A stretch of DNA of 62,672 nt, filler included, from Sluysia triapertura (lineage: Eukaryota): assembly GCA_046118255.1 (NCBI GenBank). It is 5 parts of 5 records of this genome, joined end to end, with 100 filler letters (N's around TTAATTAATTAA, not from the genome) between each part and the next. Parts side by side here need not be neighbours in the genome. Positions count along the whole stretch, not along the records: positions 51,228 to 62,672 come from JBJNIA010184646.1; 4 more parts are not named here. One strand, given 5' to 3'. The position numbers and the translations under genes were made by a program. How positions within the stretch are numbered: the stretch's first letter is position 1; each line of letters opens with the position of its first letter. Below, piece by piece: positions 51,631 through 62,672 of the stretch. Below the pieces are notes generated by a model. That model did no database searches, was not told the DNA's origin, and saw only the letters and a list, made by a program, of their open reading frames with translations.

Positions 51631-54600
51631 AATTTTTTAAATGATTTAGTGGGTTGTGATAGCAACCTAAAATTTAATATATCGACATTATTTTAAGAGT
51701 TTGCATAAAAGGAAGTGGTATATTATTAATTAGTATTTTGTCTTTAATTAAGTTTTGATTCGGAACTATTGTAAATATTTATAAATATGCAAAAAATATG
51801 TAAAAATATGTAAATTTACTTTTAATAATTTTTAATCTTTGTAAATATTTAAAAAATTATGTAAATTTAATTATGTTAAATTAAATAAATGTAATTTTAA
51901 TAAATTAATTATTTTAATTAAGTTTAAATTTTGTAACCGAAAAATTTATATATAATCTAAAAACGGAAATTTATATTACGAAATTCAAAAATATTTACAT
52001 TCGAAATATTTATTTATAAAACGTTTAAATATTTGTATTTGGTGAAATATTTATTTTAATAATAAATGGCATATTTATTAAAAGGAAATCGAAAATCATA
52101 TAAATAGAACTGCGTTAACAAAACACGACACACGAAAAAGTTCTCATACGCAAAAAACGTCAAGTTATTGATCATTCACGGAAAAGTTCTCAGTTGATTA
52201 AACACAGTGAAAATTTCGGAAGTGTAATCGAGCAACGAATATTGAAGCCGAAAGATAACGAAACCTGCTTCACATACCACAAAGATTCAGAAGGAAACTT
52301 ATAATAATTCGTATCAAATAATCAGAACATTCGGAATTATATCAAAATATTAGCTGATGCCTACTGATAAATATGCTATTTATTTATAAGATTGCGCAAT
52401 AATATTTGCGTTAAAATACACTCAAATTCATTACTGTTTTTAAAAACTCAAAGATTATCTCTGAGTTAAATTCATTTTAAACTACTTTGCGAAATATTAA
52501 ACATATATCTTATTTGTAACTTGTTCTGTATTTATTTATTTACTTATATTTGTTTATTCAATCATTTGATATTTAATAAAATTTCATTCGAGTTTATTAT
52601 CAAATTTTGTAAAGTTAGCGTTTCATTGAGTTAAGAATTAAATTAATTGAAATTAGTGTATCATTATAAAATAAAAGTAAAAATTTAAAGAACATTAAAA
52701 GCTTTAGCTAATACTTCATAGCAGTGACCCTCTTTATCAAATTCTTTCATTAAATTCCTACGTAGACGTCCTTCTTTAAGATAAATCGTTTAACGTAGGC
52801 GAACCCAATCCTTTCGTAACTTTCATAATTGTTCAGGTTAAGAAAAAGACGAACAGTTATAAGCCCTCTATGTATTGTTTTATCTATATCTATAATAAAA
52901 CTCGTTTTTGTTATTTTAATTTAGTGATATAGATTACGTAATTTATAATGATCTGTTTCATGTTTAATGAATTAGTTAACAATAAAATTCAATCTCAAGG
53001 TAAAGTTAGGTGCTTTAAGCACAATGATAAAACTTTCGATAATCAATACACAACCAAATTAAACATAAAATTTTATTATAAAATAATAACTAATCATAAG
53101 CCACGTGAATTACCATCAACTAAATTAATTTATTATTACAAAACAATAAAAGATGCACTTTAACAAAGTTTTTCTTGACTAGAATATTAAGAACGTTTAT
53201 TACAAATTCTTTGATACAACAATGAACTGTATAATCATATTTTATGAACTTATGTCATATGGGATATTATAATTGTCAGTAAAAGTACAATCTGTGCCAG
53301 AGGAACGCGTAAGGCAATTACAAATTACATACAAAATTACATCAGATTCGTGATAATCATTTTTAAAGTTTTGATATTATCACTATCAGATAAAAGTGAC
53401 ATTGCCGATCTTAAGATTCCTTCAATGACTATTTTTATCACCACGAACACAAATAATAATCATAAATATCACTTTTAAACCAAATGAAACTGTATAAAGA
53501 ATTAAATGAAATTTCCTTCAACAATAAATCGTATGTTTGATTATTAAATACTAAAACAAAATTAGCATCAGTTACATAACAAATTATTTTAATTTTGTTT
53601 CAGACTTGGTACTAACGACTCCAAGTTTGATCATCATTGCTATGCGTAATGGCTTCAGATTTAAACAGTACAATAGAAAATTTGTCAGTTAACATAATTC
53701 CAATAATTACGTATATATATCAATAACACAATTGATATATTTTTAAGCTATAGATTAATTTTTATAATTATTTGGAATTTTATAAATCTATGATTTACGA
53801 AGTTACGAATACAAATTTCAAATATACATTTTATTAATTATTTTGTATAAAATGTAGTTCAGTTTACATTAAACTACTGCGCGAAGTTATTTAATAATAA
53901 AATATTAAATATACTAAATATAATTTTAAAATCAATTTTGTGAGAGATGTTTCCATTATTTGGGCCGATTAAAAAACAATCGTGATAAATTATTTGTGCT
54001 ACCTAGAATAGAGTATGGATCATTAAAATAAAGCCGTTTTTCTGTTAATGATAATGTAGATTTGTTTTGATAATAAATGGAATAACTGTTTGATACTGAA
54101 GAACCTTTATAAATTCATTATTGAGTTATTAATATTATGATGATTTTCACCAATAATTATAGTATAGTATTTTGAATTGGCGACCGGATTTAGAGGAACA
54201 ATACCTGGCAAGGTGTACGACAGATTAATAATTGTATTATTAGAATCCTTATTACTACATATTTGAATTCCATAAAAATATTTATCAGAATAACTTAACT
54301 GTTACTGCTGTTGATACAAAATACTTTTCGCTCGAACTCTTTCTTCACTAATGATTTCTAATCCGTCAATCATTATTAACGAAGTAAGAATTTTTCATTC
54401 AAGTGGATTTCCAAACGGAGAAATATCTATAAGACTGTCTAGATTATTCTGTATTTCATAGGATAAAGTGTAATTTTTCTTAATTTAAATTAAATATTCG
54501 CATGCACCGTTCAGTAGAAATTGAAACATCTATCAAAAGGATTTAGTACATTTGCATGACATTGCATAATATATATAAGGTTAACTTCTTCAGACAAGTA

Positions 54601-55091
54601 ATAAGCAATACATTACCCTTAAAATCTTAAGTTTTCTAGAACTGTAGAATAAGTTAAATAGAATATATAAAGAAAAAATAATTAATAAATTAAATAAAGT
54701 TATAATATAGATATGTTACTTTACGTTATAAGTTACTATAAGAGAACCCGTAATCTATTTATTTTGCTAAGCATAAGTTAAGTTTTAAGTTTTTTCTTAC
54801 ATAAACAGTAAGAGTAACAAAAATTTAACTTTCATTGCTGACATTTGTATTTATAGTGTGCACTGATATACTTAAAATGAAAATTGAAAAATTCGTTTTT
54901 TGGTATTAAATCTCATTTTGTAAAATGAATAAAATAAATTAAGAAACAGATATACTATTAATATTTGATATTTATATATTATAAATCTGAAAATTCACAC
55001 AAAATATTTCCTAACTTGAAATTATTATACCATAAAATGTTGCATACTGGATTATTTGCGGACTACAGTTATATTAAAAAATTTTACTAAC

Positions 55092-55628
55092 CTTACTCAA
55101 AATTTTCATCTTTTTTAGCTGTTTTTCGTCTTTATGTGGAGTATCATGATTTCCCTGACCTACAGTTTGACTATTCCCATTAACACCATTTTGAGAATCT
55201 TGATTTTCACAACCTATTCCATCACCTAACTTACCAGAGCCATTAAGATTACTATCCTGACTACCTTCAGTCCTAGAATTAAGTGCACCATTATTTATGA
55301 CATTACCAGATCCAGTAGAACCATTCGAGGTAATTGATTTATTAAGACTAATGTCGTTCAATTCTGATGTTAAAATCTCGATAGTTTGACGAGGATTCGT
55401 AAAATCAAAATGAATATGTTCATTATTCAAATCCAATTCTAATAAATATGGAGTCTGTGCTTGTGGTTGACGAGGATCAGTTATAATCTGACTTATCCAG
55501 TCTTCTGTAATTATGTCTAAATTTTCTGGTGCAAATATACTGTGCCATTGGCTGGTATTTGGACGCTGTATTGTAGTTCCCATAGACGACGACGGCCATA
55601 TACCAAAATAATCAGCACAAAATGCATC
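55092..55628 (-). CDS. TAF1: TFIID subunit 1, exon 5
   Basis: WHSIFAPENLDIITEDWISQII...LELDLNNEHI resembles TAF1 [22 protein letters not shown]...LTLDPNDENL. AG and GT boundaries present. Confidence 0.9.
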
Positions 55629-55669
55629 CTAAAAATAAGTTTTATTACAATATTATCAATTAACAAAAC

Positions 55670-55842
55670 CTGAAAAGTTGCCATATTTCGATGCTTGTAA
55701 GATGGAATCCATCCTGCATAAGGAGCATGTTTTCTGTTCGTATCCAATACCTCTTTTTTGTGATTTGATGGATCGACAATGATGTCATTTTCCCAACAAT
55801 ACAACTGCCATGATTGCAATTTGCAATCTTCATCATCTGGAT
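55670..55842 (-). CDS. TAF1: TFIID subunit 1, exon 4
   Basis: QLYCWENDIIVD...AGWIPSYKHRN resembles QLHWEDDIIWD...AGWLPSSMTRN. A 41-nt intron (55629-55669) joins it in frame to exon 5. Confidence 0.9.
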
Positions 55843-56886
55843 CTAAATTAATTTAAAGATTATCTATTAATTTCAAATAACATATTCAATATAAAATTTT
55901 TTTAAATGACAATTTTAGTAAATTGATTGCATAATATATTGTAGTTTCCTAAATATTTTGATTATATAAATTTTTAGTCATTAATAAACCATAAAAAAAA
56001 GGAAATTCGATTTAATTAATATAGGTGAAAAGATTAATGCGTTAATGCTTATTTAATAACTGCAGAAAGCACAAAATATGTTCCATAATATGCATTGATA
56101 AATTTATATTAAAGTTGGACGCAATAGTTCAATTTTAAATCTCCTTGTGAATATTGCTTATTCAAATTTAGTAATGGTCAGCAGGACCGTCACTGAGCCA
56201 ATTTAATGCTGTTTGTAATTCTTGTATGGTTATAAAATTTTACTAGCATGTATTTTAGTTTAATCTAAATGTTTATAGAGAAAAATTTTTGCGCCAAAAC
56301 TTAAGCTTTTTTAGTTCAGTAAAAATAAAATTTTGAAAGCTGTCTGCTTTAACGAAGTCATATGGATTTTTTCGTCATTCAGACGTTACCGTTTGATTTG
56401 TAATCTTTGTTAATTAAATGTAAAAAGCATAGATCCATGTTTATTTTAGGATTTTACAAGATTTTTACCTTGAGGTTACTAATATAATATTTATTTTAAA
56501 ATTACGTAGATGTTTAGTTAATTTATTTAATATTAGTCTATTTTACTCTAATTTGGTAATCTGAAAAACAACCTCAATTTATTAATACAAATATATTATT
56601 AAACAAAACTTAATGAATGGAAATAGTCTAAAATGAACTTCATAGAATTTTATGTTTGTAAAAGTTTTAACGTAACAAGAGTAACGATTAAAACTTAATG
56701 TATAATCACAAGAGTTAATATTTCATTTTACAAATATTACATAAAGCAAATTAATTAAAATTCATTAAAATGTAATTAATCAAATAATCTTTATAATTGT
56801 AAAGTTATTACAGATTTTACTGAATCTAAATTTCAACTACTAAATATAAATACTTATAAAATTATTTATATATACGTAATACCAAC

Positions 56887-57026
56887 CAACTGAAATCTGA
56901 GGGAGAACATCAGAATCTTCGATATGTAATGATGTATTTAACTTCATGTTCAAAATATTAGCACTTGTTGGAATTTCGAATAAATCATACCAATATTTAG
57001 CTGGCCCATCTCGCCACGACAATCCA
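56887..57026 (-). CDS. TAF1: TFIID subunit 1, exon 3
   Basis: WRDGPAKYWYDLFEIP resembles WRYGPARLWYDMLGVP. Phase 2 in, phase 1 out, matching neighbouring exons. Confidence 0.9.
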
Positions 57027-57856
57027 CTAAAATAAATATACTTTTAGTGTGGAAATTATTTAACTTAATTAGCTAATATCAATATTTAATCAAAACACTT
57101 TGATAAGTTACATTCACGAAATTTATTCATGGTTAATTTCTATATATCCATAAAAACATTTCCCACAATGTTCTCAACGAAGGCCACATAGTGAAAGTCT
57201 TACAACCTTTCAAGCCTTAAGTTTATGAATTTGTAACTTTATTAAAATGTACATCAATTTGTGGTGTGCTAGTGACAAAGCGCACCTAATGTTATCTTAT
57301 TCAAACTAAAATGCAGTAGGTCAGTTATAAAATTATAACTTAAATATATTATTTATGTACATATGAAGTATTAAACGTAGACATTGATTTGTAAAATTTA
57401 ATCACTACATTCAACCAAAACAATTTTCACAACATTTATGGCCAAAGAGCTGTAGAAGTCGTATGACCGGACCGCCTAGAGAAATATTAATTAATTGTTT
57501 AGTTCTTATATAAGTATTTCATCACACATTTAAGTTAAATGATTTCATTTTGTAAACATTTTTATACCAAAGTTTAATTTTTATTGTCAAGCCAGGAAAT
57601 TATGTCACGTTAAATTTCACGCAATCATACAATCTTTGTGAAGGACCTAAAAACGTGTTGTAAACACGAAGCTTCATTTAATCGAAATGTCTAATACTCT
57701 CTTTTTATATATTCAGATCACATAAATAACAAAATTGTGAGGTGTTGTATAGGCAAAGTAATAATATATTTTCTAGCATTTCAAAACATTTTTCATTATT
57801 ATTTATACAATTAGAAAAACATTGAGAAAGATTTTATATAACATCATAAACCTTAC

Positions 57857-58698
57857 ATAAGTAATTCATCCTTTTTCATGTTCTCTTCTTTTTTATTCAG
57901 TTTTTCGTCTCGTTTTCTTTTCTTACGCGCTGCTAATGATTCTTGTTCCATTTTCAATCGTTTTTGATAGCTACTATGAACACTGTTTAAAAAAGAACAA
58001 TTATTTCCAAATTTAGAGTTTGTATTTGGTGCAATTGGAAGTTTACCGCTAATGTTTTGATTCTTGTTCGAATTATCAGTAACAGAATTTAAAGTTTGAC
58101 GATTGACATTTGAGTGATATTGATAGTTTTGACTTATACTATCAATATTCATATCTTTAAAAGGCACTGGAACTTCGCAATCTGAAAAACTTTGAGGTGG
58201 TTGTCTAAACAAATCAGCATCATTTGGTAAGATCATCTCAACTGGTGGCATTTCGCCTAAACTAATTCCATTCATATCAAAAACATAATTAGCTTTAAGC
58301 ATTCCATTATCTTTAGATTTATTGTTTCCAGATTTAATAGAATCTAATTGTTTATAGAGTTGTGGTTCATGAAATGGTTTAAACAATTTAGTCCATCGTG
58401 GTAACTTTTCATGATTATAATTTGGAAATAATGTAGTAATGTCAACATTGGCATATTCTGGAGGCAAAATTCGACCTAAAGGTGTATTTAATTTATTTAC
58501 TATACCATTATTTTCATCAGAAATATGGTTGTCATTTGAATCATTCGTAAATTCTAGTTGCGATTCTAAATTAATTAAAGCTTCAGCAGGATTATTTGTT
58601 CGCGCTTTAGACACGGTTTTTTGAGTTGGTGGAGGCATTTTAATACTAGAATCATCAATAATGACACATTCATCATCATCATCATCGTCGTAATTCTC
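57857..58698 (-). CDS. TAF1: TFIID subunit 1, exon 2
   Basis: ENYDDDDDEC...KMPPP and PLGRILPP...ITTLFPNY...PRWTKLF match the TAF1 N-terminal region. GTAAGG donor at 57856. Confidence 0.88.
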
Positions 58699-58734
58699 CT
58701 ATTTTAAATATTTATAGTATAAATTAAAACTTAC

Positions 58735-59040
58735 ATCTGATGTAGGTTTAACTGTTTTATTTTCATCTATCATATTCAATATATTTTCATCTAAAACTTC
58801 AGATTCATCATAGTAATCGTGTGGAGCAATATGATCAGGAACTTTCAAACACTCTCCTGGATTCTCATCAGTGGTTTTAAATAAATCTTTTATAGTTTCA
58901 TTTAATTCCGTCAAATGACAATTTTGCAGCTTGCTTAATTGAGCAAAGTCTTGATCATCAACCTCAAGCTGACCTCTAGAATCAATATTCCCAAATAAAA
59001 TCGCTGTTGTATTTATATTACCGTCAGAATTCTCTGCCAT
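58735..59040 (-). CDS. TAF1: TFIID subunit 1, exon 1 (TBP-binding TAND region)
   Basis: ILFGNIDSRGQLE resembles TAF1 FLFGNINGAGQLE, and DYYDESEV is present. A 36-nt GTAAGT...TAG intron lies at 58699-58734. Confidence 0.92.
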
Positions 59041-60699
59041 TCTGACAAAAAATAATGCAGATTAATTTTTTAATTATTTTTTAATCAATTTTATACTTTT
59101 CAAGTAAATATAAAATTTTTGAAATATGACAAAATAAAAACAAATAAGGTTAAACAATTAAATTCAATATTAATTGAAAAGTTAATGTTTAAGTAATTTA
59201 AATAAAATACTTTAATAGATATTTATTAACAATTTTGTATTTTAAAAAAAGGAATGATCTCAAATAGAATATTTTTAGAGAATAAAATAAAATAAATTTA
59301 CTCAATCAGCTAAGGTTATATTAAATATTTTAAAATATTTTAGACAGTTTACCGAGCTAAGATTTAATTTAGATTTATCTGTAGTATGCTGCTTGTGTTT
59401 TCTTATAAAAAAAGTCATAGCGGAGTTGTGGTGGCCGACTCACTAACCTTAATAAATTCTACAAAAATTTTACTTCAAACATTTTAAATTCTCTTAAATT
59501 TTCAAAATATACAACACATTTTTAAATCTATTTAAAACTAATTCAACATATCTAAAATCACGTTCTTTGACAACATGTAACAATCTTGTAAAATTCACCA
59601 CAACCGTTTTTATATCTTATTCCTCTTTAGACTCACCAAAATAAACTTTCACTTTTCAAAATATTTCAAACATACAATCTCATAACAAATAATACCATCA
59701 ATTCACATTAAGCAATTCATAAAAAATGTTTATTCGACACCTCATTTCATTCCAAACCATTAAATTACAGTAAAAAAATTATTCAAAACATTTTATTTTT
59801 CATTCTTAACAACGCAATTACAATCATACTCGAGATTACTTAAGAAATATCTCCAAAGCAATCCAAACATTCTAAATGCACGATATTTTATCATTAAATC
59901 ATAACAACCAAACATGACTTTCTTTCAAAACGCCAGTGCACATTCATAACTCATTTTAACGCTTACACTATTTTAAAGTATTTAGGTCAGAATCATTTAC
60001 ATTTTTATAACGTTTTAGCTAGAAATTTTAATTCAATTAAAACTCTAAGGTATCAATAATAAAACTAACAATAAAACGCGCGTCAATCCTCTCAAGGCAT
60101 TTACATTAAAATTAAGATCCTCTAGACTTCATCCTTTTTACTCTATAATTTAGATACGTTAAGAGATATTAAGAAAATCAAAGAAAAGATCGTGTTAAAG
60201 AACTAAAACAAAGAATTCATGCATTTTTTGGTTAATAATAATAATAATACTTCGCTATTATTATTATTATCACCATTTTGACATAATTAATTTAATTTAA
60301 ATTTTATTCTTGCAGTTCACAATCAACTGAGTAACTTCCTTCATCAGCAGAGACATTTTGGTTTACATTTGTAATTCCACGTCACTGTTGATGATGGTTG
60401 TCATCACAGTATGATTTCACTCATCAGTTTTAATGAAGTAGATTAAATACTGGTATTGGTATCCAACCAGATCAGTTGATACTCTATCTGCTTATAAACG
60501 ATTCTGGTTGAATAACCAATCAAGGGTAATACGAACATCCAAAATGTTAGTATACAAAATAATTTCGCAATTAACGATCACAATTTATTTTAATATACGA
60601 CAATTTATGATTATCTGAGCACAATTTTAATTCCAATTTCTCAATTATAATTTATTGCAATTAATCGTAACTCGAACAATCAATTTCAATTTCAATAAG

Positions 60700-60959
60700 G
60701 TTTTGTACGAAATGATGATAATGATAACAATTATTTCAAGCATTATGAAAATGATAACGAATATGTTAAGCATTATAAAGATGAAGATGATAATGATTAT
60801 GCTAACCATTGTAAAGATGGTGACAATTATGTTAAGAATCATGAAGATAAAACTGATAACAATTATTTCAAGTATTATGAAGATGATAACGATTATGTTA
60901 AGCATTATAAAGATAATAACAATTATGTTAAGTGTTTACAAGTGTTTACCGACAAATAA
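60700..60959 (+). repeat. 30/36-bp minisatellite, possibly a coding exon
   Basis: About 7 units of gataacaattatgttaagcattataaagat. Unit lengths are multiples of 3. Confidence 0.8.
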
Positions 60960-62506
60960 TTCTGCACAGATAATTATGGATTGTGTTTGAAGAATGGGTT
61001 TAATTGTCACAACACTCACACGTCCCGTGAATCAGAAATTAACCAACTGCTCGAGTCTTAATTTGAGGACAGAGATGCCTATTGACTAAAGGTCTACATC
61101 GAAATTGGATAGAATAATTAATCCATTTAATAATAATGTTTTTCTTTTAGATGATGAAACAAGACATAGAAACGTTGACATATATGGAAGATATAGTTTA
61201 ATATTTGTAAATTTTATAAATAGAAATTTATATAGGTGATATGTTTTATATTCTAAACAAGAATTTAATAAATATTTCAAAGTTTTAATTGTAAATATTA
61301 ATCAAATAGAATTTAATAAATGTTTTATTTATTTATTAAACAAATTTTGTAAAGATAAATTAACTAAACTTTCATATATTCATAAAAGACCACAAAATCT
61401 TAAATTACAACAATTATAATCAAATCTCTCTCAACAAAATTGGTATCAGGAGTTCACAAGAACCCTGATACCCCAATTTAATTCAAATTTCACAGAACAG
61501 GAGTGAATTTAAATTATGAGCTACAATTCAGGACTTATAACATAAATTAGCACATTATTAACACTGGAAAATTAATGATAATTTGTTTAATATGAAATTT
61601 AGGTATGGAAAATCTTTAATTTAAATCCATATGTTTGTCAAATTTGTAACTATAGTTTTTAATAATTTTATCGAAACTCAAAACACACAATTACCTTTAT
61701 AAATAATCAAAGAACCAAACGTCAATTTACTTTATAATGTCTTTTGAACGGTTTATGTAATTTATGTAATTTATGTAATATGGTGGCTAAACTTTAGTAT
61801 ATAAGTGCTGAATTTTAACAGCCATATTAATAAAATTTCTAGTTATTTGTTAAATTAAAGAAGATCCATGAAAGTAAGAATGTTTTGCTTTAAGTTTATT
61901 ATTCTCACCGTAACTTGGAGAATTTAAAATTTACTCAAAATGAAATTATTTTATCTTAGACCGTAGAAGGGCTAAGTCAAATTAAATGTAAAATCATTCC
62001 GCTGCAGAAATTTAAGCGACAAAATCATTATTATTATATTTCATATTTCTGTTTTATACTTGACTTTTGTTTTTTAAACAGTTGCATAACCTTTGTTTTA
62101 AGCAGAAATAAATTGCATTAGTATTACATTGTGTTATTAGGATTTTAAAAATCAATTTATATTCTGCTAGACCATAATAAGGTTAACTTAACTTCTAAAA
62201 AACATAATTATTTTGTTAGACCGTAAAAGGCCAACTTAAAGTATATTATTAAAGTTTATTATTATATAATAAATATTACTTAAATATTATTATTCTTAAA
62301 TAAATATTACGTGACCAAAAGTTTTAAATTGCTACGTGACTATTCTTAAACTTAAAATATTACGTGACTAAATTTAAAACCCTAATAAACCGTCTTAGTT
62401 CAGATTTAACTCGTATCTATTAGGTGAAATAACCTGCAGAAATCAAAATATCTTGCATAGATATTTGTATATATTTATTTATACTTTATTATTTATTTTA
62501 TATTAT

Positions 62507-62672
62507 TGTTGGGATTGCCCAACTGAGGATCTGGAGATGAATGAACATATGTAAAATCATAAATTGAAGGAAAAACTGGTACAAGTGATGGATTAAACAT
62601 TGTAAACATTGTTGAAATAAGAATCATGATAAAGAAAACATTTATAATGATCCTAACAGCTAAAGAATATCT
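62507..62672 (+). repeat. R1 repeat copy, runs off the window end
   Basis: Aligns with 9231-9400, 26742-26856 and inverted 7290-7475. Confidence 0.7.

Noticed and set aside
52881-52910. Helitron-like 5' end a|tctatatctataataaaa
   Set aside because: No matching 3' hairpin-CTAG identified, and the motif is low complexity.
57171-57212. Possible hammerhead ribozyme cores (also ccgatgaag near 27016)
   Set aside because: CUGANGA core not intact and stems not convincingly formed.
59480-59950. Strand-biased A/C-rich tracts (inverse at 4380-5000, 15830-16020, 26960-27270) as Penelope/LINE ORFs
   Set aside because: Compositional resemblance only. No RT or GIY-YIG motif readable.
60700-60935. CRISPR-like periodic array
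   Set aside because: Contiguous tandem units without unique spacers, eukaryotic context and no cas genes.

Overview
Very AT-rich eukaryotic genomic DNA, probably an invertebrate. A flatworm is my inference from the 36-41 nt micro-introns and the composition. Four identical 100-nt spacers (N44-TTAATTAATTAA-N44) split the window into five segments, so adjacency across them is probably artificial. Apparently intact genes: five 5' coding exons of TAF1 (minus, 59040-55092, all splice phases consistent), one Ena/VASP exon, a two-exon low-complexity ORF and a possible ESCRT-III/Snf7 first exon. The first segment holds isolated fragments of unrelated host genes within about 7 kb (SRSF1/9 RRM, SLC22, Sp-box factor, RBM24/38 RRM), three of them visibly disabled, which suggests DNA-level gene capture. 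The rest is mostly repeats: Tc1 deletion derivatives, a Tigger/pogo remnant, MITEs, LTR-retrotransposon remnants, two tRNA-Ala-like elements and (AAT)n tracts. Two further highlights are a dispersed repeat carrying an HSE-CCAAT-TATA promoter cassette and a minisatellite with an unlisted Tyr/His/Asp/Lys-rich frame. All family assignments are by-eye motif recognition, not database searches.
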